Below, one piece after another: positions 1 to 8,930 of a stretch of DNA of 64,000 nucleotides (the first letter of the stretch is position 1; the number at the start of each line of letters is the position of its first letter). The position numbers and the translations under genes were made by a program. The stretch is from Dehalococcoidia bacterium (GTDB lineage: Bacteria > Chloroflexota > Dehalococcoidia > Bin125). The stretch lies in the NCBI GenBank assembly GCA_963662615.2, contig CAXXSR010000002.1:256001-320000 (forward strand), written 5' to 3'. The notes beneath the pieces were generated by a model. The model searched no databases. It saw only the letters and a list, made by a program, of their open reading frames with translations, and was not told the origin of the DNA.

Positions 1-514
1 GGCGGAGGGGACGAACGGGGCGGTCGCGCCCGTGAACGCGCCGACCGAGGCGGGCAGTGTTGAGGGTCGCGGGGCGCTCGTGCGACCGCCGACCTTGGCA
101 GCACCGCCAAATCCGGTGGACCAGGTCATTGCCTCCGTGCGTCTGCTGCGCGCCAGCGGACGGCAGGAGATCCGGCTGCGCTTGGAGCCGCCGGATCTTG
201 GCACTGTGCGGGTCCGCGTGGTGGAGGAAAACGGCGTGCTCTCGGTTCAGCTGCGCGCCGAGCAGGCAGCGGCGCTGGAGGCGATCCGGCAGGCGCTGCC
301 GCAGTTGCGCCAGGGCCTGGAGAACGCGCAGGTGACGCTGGCGGATCTGGAGGCGGCGTTGGACGACGAGGCGGCGTTCAGCGCCCACCATCGCGAACGC
401 GACGAGAGCGGGGACGAGCCAAACGGCCGGGCCCGCTTGGACGCGGATGGTGAGGTGGAGAGCGCGGTGGGTGTGCGCGTGGCTAGTGATAATCTCGTGG
501 ACTTTCGAGCTTAA
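1..514 (+). CDS. fliK: Flagellar hook-length control protein FliK, C-terminal part (5' partial)
   Basis: IRLRLEPPDLGTVRVRV...LPQLRQGL is typical of the FliK C-terminal domain; ends VDFRA; directly upstream of flgD. Confidence 0.85.
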   Translation, partial: AEGTNGAVAPVNAPTEAGSVEGRGALVRPPTLAAPPNPVDQVIASVRLLRASGRQEIRLRLEPPDLGTVRVRVVEENGVLSVQLRAEQAAALEAIRQALPQLRQGLENAQVTLADLEAALDDEAAFSAHHRERDESGDEPNGRARLDADGEVESAVGVRVASDNLVDFRA

Positions 515-525
515 GGAGGAGCGTC

Positions 526-942
526 GTGGAACCGTTACCCGTGGGCGCCCTATTCGAACCGCAGGGAGGTCAGCGCACGCTGCAGGACACGTCTCGGCTC
601 TCGGAGCAGGACTTCTTGCAGGTGCTGGTGGCGCAGTTGCGGAACCAGAATCCGTTGGAGCCAAGCGGCGACTCGGACTTCATGTCGCAGATTGCGCAGT
701 TCGAACAACTGGCGTCATTGAACAAACTCAACGACACGCTGAGCGCGCTGACCGGGCTGTCCTTGCTGGGACAGGCGAGCGGCCTGCTGGGCCGCGAAGT
801 GGAGGCGGTGGTTAACGCTTCAAGCGAGCCATACGTCGGCATCGTGCAGAGCGTGCAGTTGACGGACGGCGAGGCGATGCTGCTCGTGGGCGAACTCTTG
901 ATCCCCGTCAGCGCCGTGCGCGCTGTGCGTTCGGGGTCGTAG
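526..942 (+). CDS. flgD: Flagellar hook capping protein FlgD
   Basis: DFLQVLVAQLRNQNPLEP...FMSQIAQF motif; AAGGAG RBS before GTG. Confidence 0.92.
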   Translation: MEPLPVGALFEPQGGQRTLQDTSRLSEQDFLQVLVAQLRNQNPLEPSGDSDFMSQIAQFEQLASLNKLNDTLSALTGLSLLGQASGLLGREVEAVVNASSEPYVGIVQSVQLTDGEAMLLVGELLIPVSAVRAVRSGS

Positions 943-960
943 CGCGTCGAGGAGGGCACC

Positions 961-1350
961 ATGGAGCAGGTTCATCTGAGCCCAGTGCAGCGGACGCCGG
1001 CGCCGGCCGGCCAGGGGGGCGCGGGGCCGGCCCCGCCGCGCGGCGGGAAGGAGCCCTCTTTTGAAGGCGTCCTGGCGCGGCAGTTGGAGCAGGCCGGGAC
1101 CGTGCGCTTTTCCAAGCACGCGCTCTCACGCCTGCAGCAGCGCAACATCCAGCTGACGCCGCACGACCTGCAGTGTCTGGATAACGCCTGGGAGCGGGCG
1201 CGGTCGAAGGGGGCACGGGAATCGCTGGTGCTGCTCGACGACCTGGCGCTTGTGGTCAGCATTCGCAATCAGACGGTCATCACCGCGACCAGCGCGGCGA
1301 GCCGAAAGGAGAACGTTTTCACGAACATCGACAGCGCAGTAATCGCATGA
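961..1350 (+). CDS. Flagellar operon protein (TIGR02530 family)
   Basis: RFSKHA..RL..R.I, SKGARESLV, VITA and VFTNIDSAVI motifs; position between flgD and flgE. Confidence 0.88.
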   Translation: MEQVHLSPVQRTPAPAGQGGAGPAPPRGGKEPSFEGVLARQLEQAGTVRFSKHALSRLQQRNIQLTPHDLQCLDNAWERARSKGARESLVLLDDLALVVSIRNQTVITATSAASRKENVFTNIDSAVIA

Positions 1351-1359
1351 GAAACAGAA

Positions 1360-1422
1360 CGGGTGGAGCCGGACCTCTCCGAGGGGGCTCCGCGGACCCG
1401 GCCGCCGCAAGCAGGCGCGGCG
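1360..1422 (+). promoter_or_regulatory. Candidate structured RNA element in the flgE leader
   Basis: Stem CGGGT-GGAGCC / GGCTCC-(GCGG)-ACCCG enclosing a GGA/G internal loop and CCTC-TCC-GAGG hairpin, then hairpin CGCCGC-N8-GCGGCG before the RBS. Confidence 0.35.
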
Positions 1423-1450
1423 ACATGAAGAGAGAGGAATTCGGCAGACC

Positions 1451-2935
1451 ATGACGATGCGTGCTTTGTTCTCAGCCATTTCCGGGCTGCAGAACCATCT
1501 GACGTTCATGGACGTCATAGGGAACAACATTGCCAATGTGAACACGATCGCGTTCAAGGCGAACCGTGTGACCTTTCAAGACGTGCTGGGCCAAACGCTG
1601 CGCGGTGCGACGGCGCCGCAGGGCGGCATTGGCGGCACCGACCCGATCCAAGTGGGGTTGGGGATGCAGATGGGAGGCGTGAAGACGATCCACAACCAGG
1701 GGTCGCTGCAAGCGACCGGGAAGCTCACGGACTTCGCGATTCAGGGAGACGGCTTCTTCCTGCTCAACGACGCATCGCAGACGTTCTACACGCGGGACGG
1801 CTCCTTTGACGTCTCGATCGGCGGCGATCTGGTCAATCCGGTCAACGGCTTCAAGGTGCAGGGCTGGAACGCAGACGCGACCGGCGCGGTGGACACGACA
1901 GCGCCGCCGGCCGCCATCTCAATCTCGTTCGGGACCCGGGTCAGCGCGAAGTCCACGACGTCGGTGGGCCTCTCCGGCAACCTGGACGCCAGCAGCGCGG
2001 TGGGGAAGGCCTTCAGCACCACCGTGACGGTGTACGACTCCTTGGGCGTGCAGAACTCCGTGAAGGTGACGTTCAGCAAGGACTCGCCGAACACCTGGGC
2101 GGTGACGAACGGCGCCAACGTGACGGCGGCCCTGTCGGGCGGGGGGACCGGCTCGATCGACAGCATCAGCGGGAATCCCACGCAGGACATCCGGCCGGGC
2201 CAATGGGACATTACGTCGGATGCGGGGGGCGCACTGTCCGCCGTCTTCACGCCGGCGGGCGCCGGCGCGGCAGTGGAGCTGCCGATCGCGGGGACGATCG
2301 CGGCCAGCGGAACGAACACGACGCTGATCCCGGGGGTCACGTTGACGAACGGCGGCGTGTTAGCGGCCGGCACCGATTCGGTTGTGATCGCGGGCGGCAC
2401 GAACGTGGCATTCTCGTCGTCGGGGGTGTACCTCACCACGAATCCCGCCATTGCCATCAACCTGACGCTGACCAACGGGGCGGCTTCCCCTCAGAACGTG
2501 AATTTGGGCCTGACTGACATCTCGCAGTTCAGCGGCTCCGGGCAGATCGCCACGAAGTCCAGCGACGGCTTCCCGGCCGGATCGCTGACCTCCTTCGCGG
2601 TCGGCACGGGCGGAGACGTGACAGGAATCTTCTCCAACGGCTCCAACCAACTGCTGGGACAGGTGGCGCTGGGCCTGTTCACGAATCCGGCCGGGTTGAT
2701 CAAGAAGGGGAACAACCTGTTCTCGGCCACCAGCAACTCCGGCGAGGCGATCGTGGGGACGCCCGGCACGAGCGGTCGCGGCTTGGTCAGCACCGGTGCG
2801 CTGGAGGGCTCTAATACCGATCTGGCGCAGGAGTTCACCAACGTGATCTTGGCGCAGCGCGGCTTCCAGGCCAGCTCGCGGGTGATCACGGCGGCGGACG
2901 AGATGCTGCTTGACCTGGTCAACATCAAGCGGTAA
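1451..2935 (+). CDS. flgE: Flagellar hook protein FlgE
   Basis: MRALFSAISGL...MDVIGNNIANVNT N-terminus; YTRDGSF; LEGSNTDLAQEFTNVILAQRGFQASSRVI C-terminus. Confidence 0.95.
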   Translation: MTMRALFSAISGLQNHLTFMDVIGNNIANVNTIAFKANRVTFQDVLGQTLRGATAPQGGIGGTDPIQVGLGMQMGGVKTIHNQGSLQATGKLTDFAIQGDGFFLLNDASQTFYTRDGSFDVSIGGDLVNPVNGFKVQGWNADATGAVDTTAPPAAISISFGTRVSAKSTTSVGLSGNLDASSAVGKAFSTTVTVYDSLGVQNSVKVTFSKDSPNTWAVTNGANVTAALSGGGTGSIDSISGNPTQDIRPGQWDITSDAGGALSAVFTPAGAGAAVELPIAGTIAASGTNTTLIPGVTLTNGGVLAAGTDSVVIAGGTNVAFSSSGVYLTTNPAIAINLTLTNGAASPQNVNLGLTDISQFSGSGQIATKSSDGFPAGSLTSFAVGTGGDVTGIFSNGSNQLLGQVALGLFTNPAGLIKKGNNLFSATSNSGEAIVGTPGTSGRGLVSTGALEGSNTDLAQEFTNVILAQRGFQASSRVITAADEMLLDLVNIKR

Positions 2936-2938
2936 GCG

Positions 2939-2971
2939 GCGGGCGGGGCGGGCATAGCCCGCCCCGCCCGC
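2939..2971 (+). terminator. Perfect 15-bp GC hairpin after flgE (terminator-like, no U-tract)
   Basis: GCGGGCGGGGCGGGC-ATA-GCCCGCCCCGCCCGC directly after the flgE stop. Confidence 0.5.
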
Positions 2972-3001
2972 TCCGCTCCCTTGACAGGAAGACGGATAGG
3001 G

Positions 3002-4237
3002 ATGGCCAGCACGCGGCTTACGAATGAACTAGTGCAGGTCGCTTCCAAGCGGCCCGACTGGACGCGCCGGTACGAGCGCGGCGGCGAGGCGATCGGTGCG
3101 ATGGCGGCGCTGGCCGAGACTCCGTACGAGGCGACGGCGCGCGCGCTTGAGCGTGTGGAGATCCTGCGCGTGCCCGCGGATGACCTTGTGGAGTTCTTCC
3201 GTTCGGCGCCGGAGTCGGCGGTGGCGGTGGCGCGCGCCCTGGCGGTGGCGCGCGCCCTGGCGGAGCCGCTCGTGGCGGCCGCGCCCGCGCCGGAGGCGCC
3301 CGAGGCCCTAGATCATGCGACAACGAATGAGGTGGAGGGCGAGCAGGAGACTTCCGCGGAGGCGCGCAATGAGGCGGCCGGCGAGAGCGCCGGGGACGGT
3401 GCGGGGCCGGGCGGAGCGCGAACGCTCGATCCGTTCAGCCTGGCGCCGTCGTTGCTGGGCCGCCCCACGGAGGCGACGACGGACGACAGCGAGGCCGCGA
3501 CCGAGACGGCCGGGGAGGGGGCAGGGGCCGGAGAGAAGCTCGACCCCTTCTACACCGAAGCGGTCGTTTGCCCCATCTGCGCCGTCAACTTGGAAGCGCA
3601 GCGTGTGCGGTCCAAGGCGCTCCAAGCAGTGGAGCGCGAAAGCGATCTCCGCACCGTCTACGAGGGGGTGAATCCGGTCCACTACGCGGTGTACGTGTGC
3701 CCCAGCTGCCAGTACGCGGCGTATGCGGACGACTGGAGCACGCCCGCGAAGGACGAACGTGAGGGACTGGAGGGGGATGCGGATCATCGCAGGGCGGCGG
3801 CGCTGAAATTCAACTTCGAAGGGGAGCGGGATCTGGAGACGGTGATGGTCTCGTACCTGCTGGCGCTTCGCTGCTACGACTTGCGCGGGCCGGATCCACG
3901 TCGGCGCGCCGGTGTCCTGCACCGGCTTGCCTGGTGCGCGCGGGAACAGGCGCAGCCGGAGCTGGAGCGGCAATACCTCGAGATCTCGCGGGCGGAATAC
4001 GCGCGCGCGTTTGAAGAAGATACGGATCTGAGTGAAAGCAATGCGCTGGTCCTGGCCTATCTGGTGGGGGAGCTCGCCTTGCGTCTGGACGACCCGGCCA
4101 GCGCGCTGACGTGGTTCGATCGGGCGCAGCGCATGGAGGGGTTCAAGGCGCATCCGCAGATCGGACGGCTGACGCGCGATCGATGGTCGGACGCGCGGGC
4201 GCAAACACAGCAGGACCGCTCCCGGAAAACGGCGTGA
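3002..4237 (+). CDS. DUF2225-like protein (CxxC/CxxC plus TPR-like helices) with degenerate N-terminal cNMP-binding-like segment
   Basis: VVCPIC...ESDLR..YEGVNPVHYAVYVCPSCQYAA, LHRLAWCARE, YLVGELALRL; N-terminal GEAIGAMAAL..PYEATARALE. Confidence 0.75.
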   Translation: MASTRLTNELVQVASKRPDWTRRYERGGEAIGAMAALAETPYEATARALERVEILRVPADDLVEFFRSAPESAVAVARALAVARALAEPLVAAAPAPEAPEALDHATTNEVEGEQETSAEARNEAAGESAGDGAGPGGARTLDPFSLAPSLLGRPTEATTDDSEAATETAGEGAGAGEKLDPFYTEAVVCPICAVNLEAQRVRSKALQAVERESDLRTVYEGVNPVHYAVYVCPSCQYAAYADDWSTPAKDEREGLEGDADHRRAAALKFNFEGERDLETVMVSYLLALRCYDLRGPDPRRRAGVLHRLAWCAREQAQPELERQYLEISRAEYARAFEEDTDLSESNALVLAYLVGELALRLDDPASALTWFDRAQRMEGFKAHPQIGRLTRDRWSDARAQTQQDRSRKTA

Positions 4238-5235
4238 GGGCCGGCCCGGGGGGGATCGAGTGGGGGGGAACGGGGCGCACGTGGCGGTCGCTCGCCCTGG
4301 CGCTGGCGCTGGTGGGCGTGGCGGTCTCTTTTGTCGCTGCGGGTGAGGGCGGCGAGAGCGAGCGTCGGGGCGTGCTCTACGTTGCGAACTTGCGATCCTC
4401 GACGGTGACGGCGCTGGACGTCGCCAGCGGCGAGATCCTGGCCCGGTGGCCGGTCGCCGCCAACCCGCATGAGTTCGCGCTGGCCGACCAGACGCTCTAT
4501 GTGAGCAACTATCGGAGCGATCAGCTCACGGCCTTGGAACGCGGCCCGGAGTGGCACCGCGTGGAGCGCGCCACCGCGGTGCGGCCGCATGGGGTGGCGC
4601 TCGACTCGCAGGGGCGGGTCTGGTATACGAGCGCCGACGGCGCCATCCACGCGATCGCCGGCGCCGGCATGGAGGTGTCCATTCGCGTGGGTGAGACACC
4701 GCACGCGATCGCCATTGACCCGCAAACGGACCGCGCCTACGTGGCGGTGGCGGGGGACGGGGAGGTGGCCGCGGTGGACCTGCGCACGCAGCGAGTCGTC
4801 GCGCGGCGATGGGTGGGGGCGGTGGCCGAGTCGGTTGCCGTTTCCAGGGATGGCGGCACCGTGGTGGTCGCTGCGGCCGAGGCCGAGAGCGTCAGCGCGC
4901 TGAACGGCGACGATCTCTCGCTCCGCTTCGCGGCGGCGCTGCCGGGACGGCCCGTGCGCGTGGCGCTGACGGAGGAGAGTGTGCTGGTGTCGCTGGCCGG
5001 ACGGGATGCGGTGGCGATCCTGGACCGTCGGTCGGGCGCGCGGCAGGCGGTGCTCGATGTCGGGCGCCTGCCTGACGGCATCGCGGTGGACGGCGACGAG
5101 CGCTTCGCCTACGTGGCCGCTGCCGGCAGCAACCACATCGCCGTGATTGACCTGGAGCAGCGCGCAGTGGTGGGGTGGCTGCCGGCGGACGACGGGCCCA
5201 GCGGCGTGCTGTGGGCGGCGTCCCTGCCCGAATAA
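4234..5235 (+). CDS. Exported YncE/YVTN beta-propeller protein
   Basis: Hydrophobic N-terminal signal; LYVAN, PHGVAL, VGETPHAIAI, VGRLPDGIAV repeats; GTGA overlap with the upstream stop. Confidence 0.8.
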   Translation: MRAGPGGIEWGGTGRTWRSLALALALVGVAVSFVAAGEGGESERRGVLYVANLRSSTVTALDVASGEILARWPVAANPHEFALADQTLYVSNYRSDQLTALERGPEWHRVERATAVRPHGVALDSQGRVWYTSADGAIHAIAGAGMEVSIRVGETPHAIAIDPQTDRAYVAVAGDGEVAAVDLRTQRVVARRWVGAVAESVAVSRDGGTVVVAAAEAESVSALNGDDLSLRFAAALPGRPVRVALTEESVLVSLAGRDAVAILDRRSGARQAVLDVGRLPDGIAVDGDERFAYVAAAGSNHIAVIDLEQRAVVGWLPADDGPSGVLWAASLPE

Positions 5236-5288
5236 CCAACCGAGGAAAGAGTTCCGAGCGCGCTCCGGTATGTGGAGGCTTGACGCGT

Positions 5289-5990
5289 TCAGCGCGCAGG
5301 AGCGGCCACGGCCGGGGCGGAGGTTCGGAGCGCGATCTCGAACTCGGCGGCGAAGGCGTCCAGGAACCGTTCTCGCACCTCGGCGGGGGACGGTGCGCGC
5401 CCCAGATGCATGGCGATGGAGGTGGCCGGGACGTCCGCGTCGCCACACGGCGCGATCAAGCGCCAATGCGCCATGTCCGGGTCCACGTTCAGCGCCAGCC
5501 CGTGCATGGTCACCCAGCGGGAGACGTGCACGCCGACTGAGGCGATCTTCCCCTTGTCCGTAAAGACGCCGTGGCGAGCGCCGTCGCGCTGCGCGCGAAT
5601 TCCGTAGGCGCTCAATACGCGCAGGACGGCCCCTTCCAGGCCGGTGACGTAGCCGAGCAGATCAGCGTCGAGGCGGCGCAGGTTGACGATGGGATAGGCG
5701 ACGAGCTGCCCGGGGCCGTGGTAGGTGACATTGCCGCCGCGTTGCGTGGGGACGATCTCGATGCCGGCGGCGGCGAGCGCCGCGGGCGACAGAATGCCGG
5801 CGCGATCGCCACGCCGCCCGAGCGTGACGACGGGGTCGTGCTCCACCAGGATCAGCGTGTCGGGCGCGCTGCCGGCTACGACCGCCTGATGCAGGGAGCG
5901 CTGCAGGTCGAGGGCGGCGCGGAAGGGCAGACGGCCAGCATCGTGGACGTGGAACGAGATCCGAGCTCGCATGTCCCGTAGGCCCTCCAT
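5289..5990 (-). CDS. lipB: Lipoyl(octanoyl) transferase LipB
   Basis: LVEHDPVVTLGR, RGGNVTYHGPGQLVAYPI, KIASVG, TMHGLALNV, I.PCG; alternative start 5972. Confidence 0.95.
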   Translation of the reverse strand: MEGLRDMRARISFHVHDAGRLPFRAALDLQRSLHQAVVAGSAPDTLILVEHDPVVTLGRRGDRAGILSPAALAAAGIEIVPTQRGGNVTYHGPGQLVAYPIVNLRRLDADLLGYVTGLEGAVLRVLSAYGIRAQRDGARHGVFTDKGKIASVGVHVSRWVTMHGLALNVDPDMAHWRLIAPCGDADVPATSIAMHLGRAPSPAEVRERFLDAFAAEFEIALRTSAPAVAAPAR

Positions 5991-5996
5991 CTATCG

Positions 5997-7403
5997 CTAG
6001 AGGTGAATCGCCCGTCCGTGCGCGGCGAGCGCGGCCTCGCCCAGCGCTTCGGCGACGGTGGGGTGGGCGTGCACGGCCCGGAACAGCGACTCCGCGCTGG
6101 CCTCCAATTCGAGCGCCGCGCTCGCCTCGGCGATCAGTTCGGTGGCATGCGGTCCGATGATGTGAACGCCCAGCAGCTCGTCGTACTGCCGCTCCACGAC
6201 CGTCTTCACGAAGCCGCCCGTCTCGCCGAGGAGCTTGGCCTTGCCGCTGGCGGCGAACGGAAAGGTGCCCACGGCGACGTCATGACCGCGGCTGCGGGCT
6301 TCCGCTTCGGTGAGTCCGATGGAGGCGACCTCCGGGCGGCAGTAGGTGCAAGACGGGACCTTGTCATAGTTGACCGGCGGTGGCTCCAGGCCAGCGGCGT
6401 GCTCGACCGCCAGGATCCCCTCGTGCGCCGCGACGTGGGCCAAGGCGGGGCCTTTGACGATATCGCCGATGGCATAGACGCCGGGCTCTCCCGTGCGCAT
6501 CATGGCGTCGACCTCGACGAAGCCGTTGTCGAGGCGAACGTTGGCGCCGTTGAGGCCGAGGTCGTCGGTGCAGGGCCCGCGACCGACGGCGACCAGTAAG
6601 AGGTCGGCCTCCAGCGGGAGCGAAACACCGTCCTGCGTCGCCTGGATGCGAACGGCTTGGTCGGTCACGTCGATGTCCTCGACGCGCGTCGCGGTATGGA
6701 CGGTGATTTTCCGCTCCTCGAACGCCCGCTGCAACTCGGCCGAAATGTCGGCGTCTTCGAGCGGGAGGACGCGGGGCAGCATCTCCACCAGCGTCACTTG
6801 GGAGCCGAAGGACGAGGCGATGGAAGCGAACTCCACGCCGACGGCGCCGGCGCCGAGCACTACCAGCGACTGCGGCACGGTGCGCAGGGCGATCGCGTGA
6901 TCCGAGCTGATGATCCGCTCGCCGTCGATGGGGATGCCAGGCAGCTCCCGGACCGCGGAGCCGGTGGCGAGAATGATCGTGCGGCTGTCGACGATGAAGG
7001 GGGCACCGTCCGCCGGTGTGACTTCGATGCGACCGGCGCCCGCCAGACGCCCGCGCCCGGCGAGGAGCGTGATCTCGTTCTTGCGGAACAGGTACTGGAT
7101 CCCGCGCACGTTGGACTGCACGGTCTCATCCTTGTAGCGATGGACGCCCTCCAGGTCCAGTTGCACGCCGGTCACCTTGACACCGAAGCGCGACGCCCCG
7201 CGGGCACCGTCCAGGACGTCGGCGGCGTGCAGGAGGGCCTTGGTGGGAATGCAGCCCCGGTGGAGACAGGTGCCACCCGGTTGGGGGGACATTTCCACCA
7301 CCGCCGTACGCAGCCCGAGCTGGGCCGCGCGAATCGCCGCGACGTAGCCCCCGGGGCCGCTCCCGATCACCGTTACGTCAAAGTTCGTGTTCGGCGTTGG
7401 CAC
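5997..7403 (-). CDS. lpdA: Dihydrolipoyl dehydrogenase (E3)
   Basis: IGSGPGGYVAAIRAAQLG, GGTCLHRGCIPTK, HAHPT motifs. Confidence 0.96.
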   Translation of the reverse strand: MPTPNTNFDVTVIGSGPGGYVAAIRAAQLGLRTAVVEMSPQPGGTCLHRGCIPTKALLHAADVLDGARGASRFGVKVTGVQLDLEGVHRYKDETVQSNVRGIQYLFRKNEITLLAGRGRLAGAGRIEVTPADGAPFIVDSRTIILATGSAVRELPGIPIDGERIISSDHAIALRTVPQSLVVLGAGAVGVEFASIASSFGSQVTLVEMLPRVLPLEDADISAELQRAFEERKITVHTATRVEDIDVTDQAVRIQATQDGVSLPLEADLLLVAVGRGPCTDDLGLNGANVRLDNGFVEVDAMMRTGEPGVYAIGDIVKGPALAHVAAHEGILAVEHAAGLEPPPVNYDKVPSCTYCRPEVASIGLTEAEARSRGHDVAVGTFPFAASGKAKLLGETGGFVKTVVERQYDELLGVHIIGPHATELIAEASAALELEASAESLFRAVHAHPTVAEALGEAALAAHGRAIHL

Positions 7404-7442
7404 GATATCGCTCCCGTGGCGGCCCCGCAGCCGAGGCTGCGC

Positions 7443-8903
7443 TTAGACGTCGGTGAGGAGCAGGTACGGGTGCTGCAGGTATCGGCGCACGCCCTGCATG
7501 AACTGCGCCCCCGGCGCGCCATCAACCACGCGGTGGTCGATGGTGAGACTAATCGTGAGGGAGGAGCGCCGCTCCAACTGCGTGCCGGACTCCCCCACGA
7601 AGGCCGGGTGCTCACGGATGCGCCCCACGCCCAGAATCGCGGCCTGGGGCGGATTGATGATGGGCGTGAAGACATCGATGTCGAACATGCCCAGCGAGGT
7701 GACGGTGAAAGTGCCGCCGGTGAGATCGTCGGGCGTGAGGCCGCCCTCGCGCGCCTTCCCCGCCAGCACCGCCGATTCGCCGGCGATCTCTTTGAGGGGC
7801 TTGCGGTCCGCGTGGCGGATGACGGGCACGATCAGCCCGTCGTCCAGCGCGACGGCGAAGCCGACGTGCACGTCGGGCTGGACGCGGATGGTGTCACCGT
7901 CAAGCGCGGCGTTGAGGCGGGGATGATCGCGCAGGGCCAGGGCCACCGCCTTGGTGACCATGTCGGTGTAGGTGACGCGCAGCCCGTCGGCCTCCCAGGC
8001 GTCAAGGAGGTCGCGGCGAAGCTTGACGGCCTCGGTCATATCGACATCCATCGACATGGTGAGTTGCGCCATGCTCTGCAGCGATTCGAACATGCGCTGG
8101 CCGATGGTGCGGCGGATGCCGCGGTAGGGGAGTTCGCCGGTCAGCGGAGCGGCGGCGGCGGCGGGAGCCGCTGCAGGTGCGGCGGGCGCGGCAACGGCTG
8201 CGCCGGCGGCGATCGCCGCTTCCACGTCTTCCTTGATGATGCGCCCGTCGGGCCCGCTGCCCGCGATGCGTCCGAGATCGACGTTGTGTTCGGCGGCGAG
8301 CCGTTTCGCCACCGGCGACGCTTTGACGGGCCCAGCGCTGGGCGCGGCAGCCGATGCGGCAGCGCCCACTCCGGCAGCGCCCACTCCGGCAGCGCCCACT
8401 CCGACAGCGCCCACTCCGGCAGTGGTGGCCGCCTCCACGTCCTCTTTGACAATGCGGCCTCCAGGGCCAGTGCCCTGGAGCAGCCGAAGGTCGATCCCCC
8501 GCTCTTGGGCGAGCCGCTTGGCCGCCGGAGAGGCCTTCACAGCTCCATCGCCGGTCGCACGCGGCAGCGCAGGAGCAGCAGTGGGGGTCAGTGGGGCCGC
8601 GGCGGCAGCGGCGGCGGGAGGGGGCGCGGCGGGAGCGGGAGCGATGGCATCGGCCGGCAGATCCTCGCCCTCGGCGAGGATATAGGCAACGACCTCGCCG
8701 GCGGGGAGCGTAGCGTCAACCGGGTGGAGGACGCGCACAATGCCGGCCGCCTCCGCCTCCACTTCGTAGTCCACCTTCTCCGTCTCAAACGCGAAGAGCT
8801 GGTCGTTGAGCGCGACCGAGTCGCCGTCCTGGACGAACCATTCGGTGATGGTCCCTTCCACCATGGTCATGCCCATCTTCGGCAGCACAACTACAGAGGC
8901 CAC
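7443..8903 (-). CDS. Dihydrolipoamide acyltransferase (E2) with two peripheral-subunit-binding domains
   Basis: Lipoyl domain ETEKV; two ASP.AKRLA..G.GP.GRI.KEDV motifs; catalytic DHRVVDG. Confidence 0.93.
   Translation of the reverse strand: MASVVVLPKMGMTMVEGTITEWFVQDGDSVALNDQLFAFETEKVDYEVEAEAAGIVRVLHPVDATLPAGEVVAYILAEGEDLPADAIAPAPAAPPPAAAAAAAPLTPTAAPALPRATGDGAVKASPAAKRLAQERGIDLRLLQGTGPGGRIVKEDVEAATTAGVGAVGVGAAGVGAAGVGAAASAAAPSAGPVKASPVAKRLAAEHNVDLGRIAGSGPDGRIIKEDVEAAIAAGAAVAAPAAPAAAPAAAAAPLTGELPYRGIRRTIGQRMFESLQSMAQLTMSMDVDMTEAVKLRRDLLDAWEADGLRVTYTDMVTKAVALALRDHPRLNAALDGDTIRVQPDVHVGFAVALDDGLIVPVIRHADRKPLKEIAGESAVLAGKAREGGLTPDDLTGGTFTVTSLGMFDIDVFTPIINPPQAAILGVGRIREHPAFVGESGTQLERRSSLTISLTIDHRVVDGAPGAQFMQGVRRYLQHPYLLLTDV
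8358..8422. repeat. 15-bp tandem repeat (4 copies plus a partial) encoding a GVGAA linker in E2
   Basis: GGCAGCGCCCACTCC x3, GACAGCGCCCACTCC, then GGCAG. Confidence 0.85.
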
Positions 8904-8930
8904 GAGATCCCTCCTTGCGCTTCGCTTCGC

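Noticed and set aside
2981-2986. TTGACA as a promoter for the DUF2225 gene
   Set aside because: Too close to the ATG at 3002, with no plausible -10 box at the right spacing
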